Source of the DNA: Mobula hypostoma
Taxonomy: Eukaryota
DNA: 64,000 nt
NCBI RefSeq assembly: GCF_963921235.1
Contig: NC_086119.1
Span: 45,756,001-45,820,000, forward strand
Reading direction: 5' to 3'
Part shown: in pieces, positions 49,976 to 63,621 of the stretch
Layout: every line of letters begins with the position of its first letter
Position numbering within the stretch: position 1 is the stretch's first letter
The notes under the pieces: model-generated
The model's database searches: none
Seen by the model: the letters and a program-made list of their open reading frames with translations, nothing else
What the model was told of the DNA's origin: nothing
Translations under genes and position numbers: made by a program

Positions 49976-50593
49976 GACTTGAATGGAGCTTAGAAGTGTT
50001 GGACTGCATCTTTATACTTGTATTTCCTTTTAGAAGCTAATAGATTTTATTCACAGTATTTTTTTAAAGTGTAGGATTAGGGTGAGGGGACAGAAAGAAC
50101 AAGTCTTAAAAGTGGTGAAAGGAGTTGGAAGCATTCTTGTGTTTCAGTTTGGTGGTGTAGGCACTGCATTAAGACTGATGTCACCAGCTGCCTGCCCTGC
50201 CTACATGTAGACTACTTGAAACTGTACCTGAAATTAATTGATCAAATCTGTTTGACTTGCAGTCAAAATTCTGACAAACTCAGGATCCATGACACAAGAA
50301 AAGATACGGTGTTCCAAATTCCAGTTTCCTTAGCTAGTTATTAATTAGATTTAATTGCTTTCTATTTTCTATTATATAACATCTGGCAGAATTTACAGGT
50401 CGTTTTTTTTGAGACCTTCTGATCAATGTTTTATCCATTTTTCCATTGTAACATTGTAATCTTGGTAATAGGGAATCCCAAAAATAGTTCAGCAAAAAAA
50501 GGAATCAATATAATGGTAGTTAATTTCTTTTAACATATTGTGTCAATATTTTTGATTACTATCAGGCTCTAACCTTTATTAATCTTTTTCCAG

Positions 50594-50713
50594 ATCTGTG
50601 ATACATACAAGCTGATATATTTATTGCCTAACCTGCGGCAACTCAATGACAGTGATATAACATCCAATGGATATCAACTGAGGTTTATCAATAGCCGGCA
50701 GCTAAAGTGTCAA
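50594..50713 (+). CDS. LRWD1: LRWD1 coding exon 3 (LRR cap)
   Basis: ttccAG|ATC. ICDTYKLIYLLPNLRQLNDSDIT...LKCQ. Donor CAA|GTGAGT. 120 nt. Confidence 0.92.
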
Positions 50714-51778
50714 GTGAGTCCAGAGAAATAGAGTAGAAAAATATTGGTTAACACAGTTTGGAATTAATTTAAAGTTCGTTTTAAGGGGTTGATTCCCCTG
50801 ATTTTGTAAGCTAACTTAAAATAATGGTCCTCAACAAGTACGTACACAGAATGGAGCAGATTTTCTACTGCTCTGGGATTGCCGGTAACTTGTACCCTGA
50901 ACTATGCTTTTAACTTCTGTCTTTGCATGGGTAGCTGACTTCCATCAGCATGGCCAAGGGCAGAGTCAGCCTTCTGCCAGCAAGTGGCTGGACAGACAGA
51001 ATGGGGCTGATGGTCATTGAAGAACATCCCCCAGGCTTGCCGTATGTCAAAACCTTAACCGCTCGAGGATGTTTTGACATTTGCAAGTCTCATAATCATT
51101 TGGCACCTGTAAAACTAAAAATGTTAAGAAAATTAAAATGATTTAAAAATCAAAATAAAACTAAAAATATATTTTGAGGCTAATTAAATTAAATCAAATT
51201 CACATCCTTTCTCATAACTGCCAGTTTCTACCATTTATTAAATTGAAGCTTTGCACTGTAAATATGACAAGGATTCAGTGGGCAAGTTTCCAGGCCTAAT
51301 CTGGGAAAGCTGCAGAAGTTCACACCATTTTAATTGGATTTTGTGTTGCATTCATTAGCATGTTACAGCTATCCCATGGCCAACACTTTGTTGAGCAGTA
51401 GGCTATGTTACACCCTGTTCTGGGAATAGCTTGTTTAAGGTCTCATCTGCTGATAGATATAGGAGTTTAGCAAAAGATCATCCTTCACTGTTCCCTGTCT
51501 TCCTACTTCAGTGTAATGCAGTTGTATATATATTAGAAAAGTGACTTGATGGATAGTAATTATGTGGCATCAGTGCCTCTCTTTTTTTTGTATACTTGCT
51601 TTTAAATCTAATACCTCTGGCTAAGGTAATACCACTGGCTTCCCAAAAACCCATATTTCACATTTCCTTAAATATCAGTAATGAAGCAGTCACTTCTGAT
51701 GCCGAATAAAAAGGTAAAGGTCTTTGAAGAAAATTATCTGCTTTGCATAGTTTAACTTTTTTCCCTGATTTTTTAAAG

Positions 51779-51931
51779 GTAAATGCTTATTGGGATAAAA
51801 AGTACAAATCTCAGCTCTCGGAATCATCAACTGCCGATGAGATACGGACAGTTGGAAATAATTTTGTGAAATCTGCAGTTGCTAATGTTAAATATGGACC
51901 AAATTCTCTGAGTGAATTTACAAAATGGAGG
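51779..51931 (+). CDS. LRWD1: LRWD1 coding exon 4
   Basis: VNAYWDKK...FVKSAVANVKYGPNSLSEFTKWR, a conserved LRWD1 segment. AG/GTAAGT boundaries. 153 nt. Confidence 0.95.
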
Positions 51932-52159
51932 GTAAGTAGATTTTTTCAGTACTTCCATGCCTGTTGTTTCTGATTCTGGGCATTGTTTTTGTGGTAAGTT
52001 GATTACCAAAATGTTAAAACCAGAGTTCCCCACAGGAGCCATTATTGCAAATATTAAACATCTGTAAAAACCCTGTATTTTTAACGGCCCAGGATGACAT
52101 TTGTGTGGAGAGTATGTAGATCCTCTTAACTGGTTATATTTCTGTGATGTGCTTACTAG

Positions 52160-52267
52160 GTGGAAATGATAGCTTCAGAACTTCTGACCTCTCTGCTACA
52201 ACATAAGGAGGGATCCTCTGACTCAGAAAATGAAGAAGACAATGAAAATGACATAAATCATAATGAT
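52160..52267 (+). CDS. LRWD1: LRWD1 coding exon 5 (acidic linker)
   Basis: actAG|GTG. VEMIASELLTSLL...SDSENEEDNEND. Donor GAT|GTAAGA. 108 nt. Confidence 0.88.
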
Positions 52268-52909
52268 GTAAGAAGTTAAGGTGGTGTTATATATCATTTT
52301 TGAGAAGTATTCCTCATTCTCCAGGTACCTCAAGAGAATTCTAAAACCGGAGAGAGTCATCTAGATAATATGGTGTCAGGGGATGTACCAGTGTATCATG
52401 GTATGCAGATTCCGTTGTAGCGTAGCGGTTGGCGCAATGCTATTACATATGGGGGCACTGGAGTTCAGAGTTCATTCCCAGCATCCTCTTGTAAGGAGTC
52501 TCTGTTCGTCCTCCCCGTGGATCGGATAGGTTTTCCCCAGGTGTTCCAGTTCTTCCCACAATCCAAAGACTTGCCATGTAGGTTAATTGGTCAGTGTAAA
52601 TTGTCTCGTGACTAAGCTGAGGTCTTGTTGGGGTTGCTGGGCGGTTGTGGCTCACAGGGCCAGAAGTGCCTATTCCGCGAGCATTTTGTTAAATTGTGTT
52701 CTTTGTTCCATGCTGCACTGGCTGGCAAAGGTAATACCAAACTTAACTTTATTGTTCATTAATGAGTACAGGCACTTTGTAATCGATAACAAGTTCTAAC
52801 TCAATGTTACTGAATTGGTCTTGAATATTTGTTGCCAAAGTATTGTATCTTCTTTATACATCGTAAAAATGTAGAGTTTTTTTTCTGACACGCTTCTGTT
52901 TGTATGCAG

Positions 52910-53248
52910 GTCCTTAAGATATCTGGTAGAAGTAATGTGATATCTAGGTCCTCCACTGAATTATTTTCAGATCAAAACACCTGCCTTCAGACTGCAGAGA
53001 ATAATGCAAGAAGTGCAAAAAATGACAGATCTAAGGTTCCACCTAAGGTTCCACAGAATGGTAATGAAAAGGTTTCTAAGAATAAATCTCAGTTTGGGAA
53101 AGAAAGGCAAGCTAAACTGACAAAATCAACCAAGAAGGACAATAGAAGTACAGTGAACAATAAGGCAAAGCCTTCTAAGAGAGAGTGTTCAGTGTCTCCA
53201 GTTGCAGCCAGTAAAGAAAGTATTCCAAAGAAGAAATCAAAGCATGGG
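52910..53248 (+). CDS. LRWD1: LRWD1 coding exon 6 (long Lys/Ser-rich linker)
   Basis: tgcAG|GTC. 113 open codons including KPSKRECSVSP and PKKKSK. Donor GGG|GTAAGT. Phase 0/0 fits the neighbouring exons. Confidence 0.82.
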
Positions 53249-54699
53249 GTAAGTGGATTTGAATAGCAGCTGCTTCTACTTCTGCTTATTGTTTTGAGTT
53301 GATGCATTGCATTGTATATGTAAAATATATAGTTGTATTTTATAGGACTTGTCCCTTTCAGAATGTTGCAAAATGCTTTACAGAGTATTTTTGAAAGTAC
53401 TAATGAAGTACTTTTAATGAGCAGTCACAATTGTAATGTAGGAGATTTGCAGTCATTTGGTTCAAAGAAAGCTTCCACAGCAGGAACACGATAATGAATA
53501 AATATATTTTGTTCAGTAATGTTGTTGATTGAATAGTCTTGGTGAGGACAGAATTTTCAATATTCTTGCTGTTCAAAATGGTATCATAGGGATCTTTATG
53601 TCCACCTAAAAGGGAGAAGACAATCTTGCTTTTACACCTCACTTATTACGGAAACAAAATCCCTGCCCAAAACAAGAAGTCCCTCTGTTTCTATTGCATC
53701 ATGCTACCTATAAAATGCACACTAGAAATTAAGCAAAGACCCTCCAACAAAATCTACCAACCAATGCCACCTTTCTCAGGAGAATTAAGGAAGGCAGCAA
53801 ATGCTAGCCTTGCCAGTGACACCATCATCCCATTAAAATAATTGGAGAAGTAATAATTTCTGTAATTTGTAATCCTCTGCATTAAATACCTATACAGTAA
53901 AACATTTTTATACTGAAACCAAGGCTTAAGTAGAGGTTGAGTTTTGAAAGATTTTAAAAGCTGTCTCCTGTAGTTTTTAACCCTGTCTGAACTTTCAGTT
54001 ACTGCATCCTCAATTTTGGCATGATTGTGAAATGTAATTGGGTTGTTTTTGCATGGAATAAAACCAAAGCTTTATTTTCAGCCTCTCTATGCTATTTTTA
54101 AACCTGTTGATATTTATATTTCTACATGAAGCTTTCAAATCCCATGACTTTCATACTTATTTTGAAATGTAGGTGACATTCTCCCCCATTCCCACTGCAT
54201 GCTTCAAGAAATGCAAGTTCGAAAATAAAGTTGTGTGAACTTATTTACCTTTACTCCAAATAAGTTCTGTGAGAAATAATTTCATTATGTATCTCAAACT
54301 TTGGAGTAGTGATTTAATAATTTTTCTAAAGGCAAATTTCCATAATCTGAACTGTTGACACCAAATGTAGCCATTAAATTAAGCTGCCATTTTCTAATCA
54401 TGGATTAAATAGTGGGTCCAGCAGTAGGGGTCACTGGCAGACATCTCTGTCACATACATTAGCATTGTCCTTTGTATATTTGACACCAGTAGCTAAGAAC
54501 TCTAGTCTGATGAACCACCATGTGCGAATTGTATGTATTGCTTGACCTCTTATTAACTGAATGCTTACGGGGAATCTTTGAAATAATAAAGTTAAGAAAT
54601 AGAAAATAAAAATGAAATAGTTCAATTTTTGAAATTTGTCTTAAAAGGTGAAAAATGTGGTCATAAAGACCAATGCCAAAGTAGACAAAAAAGATGCAA

Positions 54700-56460
54700 T
54701 ATTTCAAAGTAAATTTATTATCAAGATACATGTATGTTCTTATATACAACCCTGATATTATTTTCTTGTATATTTGCTCAATAAATACAATAACCATAAT
54801 GGAATCAATGACAAACAGCTTCAAAAGGGTGGACAACCAGTGTGCAAAAGTCAAGGAACTATGCCAATTTAAAACAAAAGTAATAATAATAAAGAATAAA
54901 TAAGCAATAAACATCGAGAACATGAAATGAAGAGTAATTGAAAGGGAATCTATATGTTGTATGAACGGTTCAGCGATGGGGCAAGTGAAGTTATCCCCTC
55001 TGGTTCAAGAGCCTGATGGTTGAGGGATAATAACTGTTCCTGAACCTGGTGGTGAGAGTTCTGAGGCTCTTGTATGGCAGCAGCAGCAAGAAGAGAGCAA
55101 GACCTAGGTAGTGGGGGTCCCTGATGATGGATGTTGCTTTCCTGCAACAACACTTTATAGATGTGCTCAATGCCAGGGAGAGCTCTACCTGTGATGGACT
55201 GAGCCTTATCCAGTACTCTTTGTCGGAATTTCCATTCAACGTATTAGTATTTCTATACCAGTCTGTGATGCAGTGAGTCAGTGTACTCACCACCACACAT
55301 CTACAGAAGTTTGTCAGAGTTTTAGATGTCATGTTGAATCCTTGCAGATTTCCAAGGAAGTAGAGGCGCTTCCAAGCTTTAATCGTAAGTGGACGTGTGC
55401 TGGGCCCAGGACAGGTCTGCTGAGGAATTTAAAGTTGCTGACCCTCTCTACCTTTGATTTCCCATAAGGGAACTGGCTCATGGACCTCTGTTTCCTCCTC
55501 CTGAAGTCCATGATCAGCTCCTTGATCTTGCTGACATTGAGTAAGAGGTTGTTGTTGTGACACCAATCAACCAGAGTTTCAATGTCCTACCTATATGCTG
55601 ATTCATTACAATCTTTGATGCAACCTACGACAGTAGTGTCATCAGCAAACTCAAATATGGCACTGGAGCTACGCTTAGCCACACAGTCATAGTGTAATGC
55701 GAGTCGTGCAGGGGGGAGGGGATGCAGTTAAGCACACAGCCTTATGGACTGAAATCACAGTGTCATTGGAGGCTGTGGAAGTTCGTGATGGTTCCTCCGT
55801 ATTTTGACAGTCAAAGTGAGCGTAGAAGACATTGAGCCTATCTGGAAGTGAAGCCCTGTTGCCACTTATGTCACTTGATTTCACTTTGTAAGAGATGATG
55901 GCATTGAAGCCCTGTCACAGCTGTCATGCATCCTTCATTGATTCAAGTTTAGTCCAGAAATGCTACTTCACCCATGAGTTGACTTTCCGAAGATCATATC
56001 TGGATCTCTTGTAACTTTCTTGGTCACCGGACTTGAATGCCTCTGATCTGGCTCTGAGCAGATCTCATAGTTCATTCTGGGCTTCTGATTGGGAAAGGCA
56101 GTTTTTATAAAGTCCATGACAACCATGGTGTATTATTTCAGAACCATAGGTGAGTACTTGAACATAGCCCAGTCCACTGAGTTGAAGCAATCGTCCTGCC
56201 TCCCACGCCCATCTCTTTGTTGTCTTAATCTCTGCAGCTTTGCTCTTTAGCCTCTGCCTGTATGCAAGAAGGAGAAGTACAGCCAAGTTATCAGATTTCC
56301 AATGGTAAGCATTCCTTATCTTAGAATAGCAGTGGTCTAGTGTGTTGGGTCATCTAGTGCTACAGGTTATTTGCTGATAGTAATTAGGCAGGGATTTCTT
56401 CAAACAAGCCTGATTGAAATCCCCGACTATGGTTTAAAATTTGTTGGGGTGGACTCTTTC
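54700..56460 (-). mobile_element. Degraded, internally deleted Rex1/Babar LINE
   Basis: ASLPDRLNVFYAHFD, SKTLTNFCRCVV and TTRFRNSYYPSTIRLLN. 3' UTR like 11490-11810 and 49700-49975. Confidence 0.8.
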
Positions 56461-58308
56461 TTGTTTGGTGACAAGATATTATATGTTATAATATGTTGGC
56501 TCTTTTAAAAGGTTAGAATTATCAATTTAACAAATTGTGCTCAGGGAGAATAAGAAGGATTATAGAAGGAAGAGGAAATATAACTGATGAAGATTAAGTT
56601 TATAGTGGAGGTAATAGCAATTTTGTATCAACTTTTACAAATGATGGTGGAATTGTGAGTGTTTAAATACTAGAATTGTGAAACGACTTTTGAATTAATA
56701 GTACAAAAGTCCTGGGCCTGCCTGGAAGGACTTCAGCTGATTGAAGAACTCTTGAAGAAGAACATGTCATTAACTGCATTATTTTTCCCTGGTTCAAGAA
56801 ATTAGTGGCTGTAACTCATGGATAAATTAGGTAGCTAAAGGTCTGTAGTTATAGGAAACTTAGAATATGTAATTCAACATTAAAATGACTATTTGAATAA
56901 GTATGGATACAAAGTGTTAACCATCATATATTTGTTAAAGGTGAGCAAACACTGCTGGAGAAACTCAGCAGGTGGAACAGCATCGCCCAACTCTCTGTTA
57001 CGGACAAGTTTGGCTAAAGGTTGTCATGCTACGTATGTTGCATTGCTACCTTACAGTCATTGCAGAGCCCCAACACCATTGCTGAGAACCTGACTGGGGT
57101 TTCTATTTGTGTGGCATTTGTACATTCTGCTTGTGACAGTGTGGATTGCACTGGGTGCTCTGATTTTCTGCCCAAATCAAAGATTTGGCTACTATAAATT
57201 ACCCCAAGTGTAGGTGGGGGTGGAGAATTATGTTGATGAGTTTTGAAGACACCATAGATTACATTGGAAAAATGGAACTGATGTGAATGCTCTGATAGGG
57301 CCATGGCTGAGTGGCTTCCTTCGCCATACTGAGATAATGCAGCACCTAGGTCACCTAATGCTGTTTGTGAAAGTTGCATAAGAGTGAGAACTTCAGTTGT
57401 TTGCATAGAAGACTATGGCTAGGTTTCCCTATGTGATCTCATGCTAAAAATGATTTAGCACGGCTTGATGTTGTAGTTCAAGTTCTCAGCTGTCAGCATT
57501 TATCATACCAGAGATGATCTTTGCATAATACAATAATACAATACAGTCATCATTGTCCCAGCTTCAGAGGAATGCTGTTACTCTTTGAATAGATGGTAGA
57601 GTAAAGGGTGGAGGGCTGAAAGAATACTCACATTAGGTCAGAGAATGGTAGAGGTGTTAATGAAGAATATTATCTGTCGGAGACATTTTCTTGTGCAAGG
57701 GCATCAAGCAGTTCATTCCTGTTATAGCCAGATGCCCTTGACAGAACATTGTCTGAAAGAATGTGAGTACAGTCCCATCTTTGTCTGCAGGTGGAATGGC
57801 ATGCTAATTTGCTACTCCTGTGAGAAGAAAAAGGCCAATAGATTTATGTTTTAAATGGCCCTTTGTATATAAGAGTAAAAGGGTTAATCATGGACCTGAA
57901 ACACAAGTTAAGTCACAGTTTAGAATTATTGCCAAATTTGATTTCCATGGCAGAATTGGAATATCATGAGAATGATGCAAGGGACATGCAACTATAGTTG
58001 TGTGGAGAAATTTGAGGTACAATTTTTAATAAAGGAGTCCAAGAATGTAGGTTTAAAAAATTAAGTTTGAATGAAAAATGATTACTTCTGCTGATTAAGT
58101 TACTGTGCAGTTATGCCTCAGGTGTGTGGAAAGTGATTTGGAGAAACGGTTTTGCAAACAGTGGTTTCACAAGGGATGGTTGTGGCATTGATCACCCATA
58201 TAGCAAAAAAAAAAGAACAAATACAATGACATCAATTTTGTGTTGCAAAATATCCATGATTCTATGTCCCATCAACTCTTAGTATAAAATGTGTTTTTTT
58301 TTAACCAG

Positions 58309-58435
58309 AATTCTGTTGTCCTTGAGCCTCTGCATTATCTTCAGTGCCACAGCAAGAATAACAACCCTGGCGATTTCAGCACTCAACTCTGGAGCTGTGC
58401 TTTTGAACCGGACATTGAAAGCTCCCAGATTCCAG
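58309..58435 (+). CDS. LRWD1: LRWD1 coding exon 7 (start of the WD40 region)
   Basis: NSVVLEPLHYLQCHSKNNNPGDFSTQLWSCAFEP. Acceptor ccAG, donor G|GTGAAA. 127 nt. Confidence 0.95.
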
Positions 58436-59365
58436 GTGAAATAATATCATTGAAAAATTAAGCAATTTGCTCAAGAGTTGATTAGACAGATGCAACTTGT
58501 AGCGGAGAGGCGGCTGGTTTGATCATGGCAAGTGCATGCTCTGCCATGATGGGGATCATGTGAGACCCGAATGTGTTCAGAAACTCAAATGTTCAAAGAT
58601 TATTAAAACAACTCAAAGCAAAAGAAATTCAGAAACTTGAAACAGATCAAAAGCACTTAAATATTTAATCTAAATGGGTTAATACTAAAATCCTCTTAGC
58701 CATTTCTGACATTGAAGCACATTTTGAAGACAAACTTGGGATTCCTTTTTCCATACTTGCATGTATGAATGTTTGAATTTCAGACTCAATAGGAACTGTT
58801 CATAATTACTTTAAGGTTTCCCCACAATCTGTACTGTGGAACCTATGCAGCCAAAATAATTTGGCATGCCCCCATCAGCCTTCTTTATAATTGTTACTTT
58901 ATTATGCATTTTTACCGTTTTACCCTTTTCTACCTCAATGCATTGTGTATGAACTGAATACAAGACATGCTTTTCACTATCTTGGTACTTGTGACAAAAA
59001 TGTACCAATACCTTTTGTAATAGAGTCAATGTTCTCGGGTTCTCAGAAAAGTGAAGACATAACGATGGCAGAGGTTTAATTACGTTCCATGTCGTATTCT
59101 GAATCTTTTGAATTAGAAGATGGCATTTGTGTGAGTGATGGATCAGGGTTTGGTGAGAACTGATACGGAGATATTGACAATTGAGAGATGGATTGTACTT
59201 TATTCATTCAGCTACATTCAAAGGAATTTGTTCTCCAAAATAATTATAAAGTCACAGAACTGTACAGCATGGAAAAAAGCATTTTGGTCCATAGTTGTCC
59301 ATCAAACCAAGATGTATACTTAACTTAATCCCATTCCCTAGCATTGAGCACATATCCCTCTAAAC

Positions 59366-60551
59366 CAGGGGTCCCCAACCTTTTTTGCACTGCGGACCGG
59401 TTTATTATTGACAATATTCTTGCGGTCTGGCCGACCAGGGCGGTGGGGGGGTATAAGGTTGCCAACGGACAAGGGGAGCAGTCAAATACGCTGAGTTTAC
59501 CCTGAGAAAATTACCGTGAAGCCTTGCGCGGGCACCTGTGTGCATATGCATGTATGTGCCGATTTTTTTTCCACAAATCATTTTTGGCAATTCTGTTCGG
59601 GGGCGGGAGGAGGGTGTTAATCACGACCGGAATGTAGGTGATAAGTGGTTAATACGCTCAATTTCGTTTCTAAAAGGGTTTATCAAATGAATTTAATATT
59701 AAACACACAGCGAATATTTTCCTCGCATGAATATAGTGATAAGTCAATTATCAGGGGAGGACGGGAGCTTGAAGTAAGTGTTGAACGAACTTCCAGTAGA
59801 AGTGGTAGAGACAGGTTCAATATTATCATTTAATGAAAAATTGGACAGCTATATGGACAGGAAAGGAATGGAGGGTAATGGGCTGAGTGCTGGTCGGTGG
59901 GACTGTGTGAGAGTAAGCATTCAGCACGGACTAGAAGGGCAGAGATGGCCTGTTTCCGTGCTGTAATTGTTATATGGTTATATAAGTCACTTATAAGTCA
60001 ATAGCATCACAACATTTTAAGTAACGTTTGGATATTAAACGCACAGCATATATTTTCCCCGTATGAACATATAAAATCATTGCAACACACCAATATCTGT
60101 GAATCAGTGGGTGCCCTGGGCTTGTTTTCCTGCAACAAGACGGTCCCATCAAAGGGTGATGGGAGACAGTGATACTCGAAGGGGGTTCCTTATGTCCAGT
60201 CTATTCTGCAGTTTAGTTTTCGTTGCATTCATTGCAGAGATATGTTGGAAATGGAAGCAATGTTTTCAGTGCTTTCGTGGCTACCTCAGGATATTTAGCC
60301 TTGACTTTGATCCAGAATGCTGGCAGAGATGTTATGTCAAACATACTTTTCAGCCTGCCGTCATTTGCAAGCTCGAGGAGTTTCTGCGCTGACATGGATG
60401 ACGCATGCGTAATGACCTCATGTGCGTTCAAGCTCAACAGTGAGTGTGACAGGGAATGAGGAAAGGTGCAGCTGATTCATATTGCCAAATCATATTGTTT
60501 CCTCGTGACCCGGTAGCACATACTTTGCGGCCCGGTTGTTGGGGACCACTG
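59366..60551 (-). mobile_element. Non-autonomous hAT/Charlie (Buster-like) element with a transposase remnant and an embedded CR1 3' end
   Basis: TIRs CAGGGGTCCCCAAC / GTTGGGGACCACTG. Exact 8-bp TSD CTCTAAAC. SLPAFWIKVKAKYPEVATKALKTLLPFPTYLC resembles the hAT C-terminal dimerisation domain. Confidence 0.92.
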
Positions 60552-61020
60552 CTCTAAACCAAGGGTCCATGTACCCCTTGCTTAATGGTATTGGTCCATG
60601 ACATAGTAAAAAGTTATGAACCCCTGCTCTTGTTATTCACATACCAGTAAACATACTTCTTAAATGTATCTAATGTATCTGCCTCAACTACTTCCTGTAG
60701 AAGCTAGTTCCATAGTTCTACCACCCCTTTTGTCTGGAAAAAAAATGCCCTTCAGGCTCTTATCAAACCTCTAATTCTAATTCTTGAATGCCTTTTTTGT
60801 CTTCATGCAGCAGCTGTTCAAACAGGAAAAGGGGCAGAAGCCTATTTTACACTTTCTCTGTAACATACTATTGTTATTCAAATAATCTGAGGCAGGAAGT
60901 TGCAGGTGTTGGACATCTGAAATAAAAAAAACAAACAAAAATGCTGCAAGTACTCAGCATCTGTGGAGAGAGAAGCAGAGTTAAAGTTTCAAGTTGAAGA
61001 CCTTTCCTCTAAAAGCTATA

Positions 61021-62299
61021 CTGTACTGTGCAAAAGTCCTAGGGACCCTAGATTAGTTACATTAATGATGTTTTATGTGTTTATTTTTTGTCTTCTGCAT
61101 TTGTGTGTCAGTAAAAAAGAGCAAATTTTAGATGTCCAAAACATTCATTTTCCATAAAATTAAATGTAAGAGAGCAATATCTATATTTCATTAAAGGAAG
61201 TAACATATTAAGTAATAACCACTTTTCAAATAAAAACTTGATTACCCAGTGCATGATTAAACAACGATAACAAACAGGTGCTAATGATCAATGACATAAT
61301 GAGTTGAATGAACTAAACAGATTAATTGAAACAGAAGCGGGTATAGAAAGAATCAAACTGGGGGAAGGGCAACCAAACTAAAAGGAGAGGGTGTGGCAGA
61401 TGTGACAGTTTAACCTTCAAATCATCAATTCTTACACCATGGCAAGAGTGAGCATAGCAACAAGACAGAAGAAATCCAGCATTGCTATCAGCTCTGAACT
61501 CACAGAAACCACTGAAACCCAACTGCACCCCTGTACAGTCTGAAGAAGTCCTGAAAGAAGTGATCTTCATGGAAGTGTTGCTGCCCAAAAGCCATTCCTC
61601 TGAAGTGGAAACAAAGCCAAGAGACTCACCTACACACAAAAACACAAGCACTGGGGTGCTGAACAATAGCAGAAAGTGCTCTGGACTGATGAATCGAAGT
61701 ATGAAATTTTTGGCTCAAACAGGAGGCTGTTTGTCCATAGAGGAGCTGGAGAGCACTACATGGTTGAGTGCCTGCAGCTAATAGTAAAGCACAGTGGAGG
61801 TTCCCTGCAGGTTTGGGGCTGCATTTCTGCAAATGGAGTTGGTGATCTGGTCAGAATTAATGGAATTCTCAATGCTGAGAAGTACAAGCAGATTATCATC
61901 GATCAGGCAACCCCATCAAGGCAGGTGTCTGATTGGTCCCAACTTCATTCTGCAGCAGGGCAATGACCCTAGACACATGGCCGAGATCATAAAGAACTAT
62001 CTTCAGTGAAAAGAGCAAGGAGTTCTACAACAGAACTGTGGCAAGTTCACCAAGGTGCTTAGAATAATCTACCAACTGTTTTTCTTATAAAACTGAACAA
62101 CTGTGTATCTAAGAATTGATATATTTTTAAAGGCAAAGGTTGGTCATACCAAATATTGATTTGATTTAGTTTTTTACTGTTTACTGCTCTTTATAGTAAT
62201 TTTTTTGATATTTGGAAACTTTTCATTTGATTGTTTTTGAAAGCATCTTCACTTTACAGAATTTTTTTTACCACTGCCTGAGACTTTTACACAGTATTG
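61021..62299 (+). mobile_element. Defective Tc1 transposon
   Basis: Imperfect TIRs CTGTACTGTGCAAAAGTC / GACTTTTACACAGTATTG flanked by TA. LWTDESKYEIFG...HSGGSLQVWGCIS...FILQQGNDPRH are DDE-domain remnants. Confidence 0.9.
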
Positions 62300-63511
62300 T
62301 ACATTGATATTGTGCTTAGTGCTGCAATGCACAGCACCTGATCCATTGAAGCACCCTTGGCATTAAATATTTTTACCGAAAAACATTATTAAAAGGCAAA
62401 AAAATAAAATCTTGAGAACTTGCTAGTTTAGCAACTTGGTGAGTAGTTTTCTTATTCGTGTCTTTTGTTGCCCAGTCAATGGGGGTGCACTCTGCATTAC
62501 CGCTTTCAGAATTTATTGAGTAGGCATTTTGTTTCGGAAACGTATCTGAGCAGTTAGTGAGGTACCATTGTGTTGAAGCCTGTTAAATACTCAAATGAAT
62601 CAATAGTTCCTAACACTCTGCCAAGTTTCTATCACTGTCATTTGAGTTAGTTTTTCAGGCAGAGCAGACCTCAAAGAATCTTGTGGGAACCCTCTAAACA
62701 ATTCTAGACAGGCAGAATGATATTTTCAGAAAGCAAATCATTGATGCAATTTATTATTTTTCACTATTTGATTACCTTGGGATCTTTCAGTAGTTGCATT
62801 CTGGTAGTGATTCTTTTTTGAGAATTCTCGAGGTTTACAATTTAAGTTGCTTTTTGAGATTTTGAGTTATTTTTAATACTGATTTCCTCTGAAAAGTGAA
62901 CTGATATTCATTTTGACAACAATTATAATGTATCTCTGTAATGACAGGACTGGCTGAGTTCATTTTCCTATAAAAGAAAATGAGTGTCATCAGTAGCTGT
63001 TCTCCTTGTGACTGATGAAGAGAAGCTGTCGTGTAGAGGCTCGATGCATAAAAATATAAATCCATGTTCCCAATGGGAAGTATTGTATCATTATTGTAGC
63101 CGTGGCATTTCCGGACTGAAAAGTATAATCCTATTGTTGGTGGAAAACTGACATTTTGTAATCCTTCATTTTTTAAAAAAAAGTACTATTAACAAAACAA
63201 ATTGGAATTGTTGCTGACTTTTTGGGCAGAGACATCTCATTCAAATGCTTGTGAATGTTCACCTGATTCTCTAGACCATTGTGGCAGTGTGAAAATTAAA
63301 CCTTGTCCTATGGGTGGTCTATTTTTACCTGGTCTTTGAAATGGTTAGAAGAGAAATTGCAGGATCTCATATGTTATCCTTTTGCCTTTTGAAATGCTAA
63401 TTATCGGAATATTAATGTGTCTTCTGTCTTTCTAGATAATTTTCAGTTAATCAGACATTTTTGGTGGAGGATGTAAATAACTGCATAACATTTAATTAAT
63501 GTTTAAATTAG

Positions 63512-63621
63512 GTGCTCAGATGCAATCATCTCGAAATGTCGCTGTATGTGGAGGAGATTCAGTTTGTGTCATTGACTGTGAAACTGGGATTGTTCTTCAC
63601 AAGTACAAATCACTTGGGGAG
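63512..63621 (+). CDS. LRWD1: LRWD1 coding exon 8; gene continues beyond the window
   Basis: (G)AQMQSSRNVAVCGGDSVCVIDCETGIVLHKYKSLGE. Donor GAG|GTAAGT. 110 nt; phase matches exon 7. Confidence 0.93.

Noticed and set aside
8368-57320. tRNA genes
   Set aside because: The A/B-box motifs belong to repeated SINE heads; no full cloverleaf was seen.
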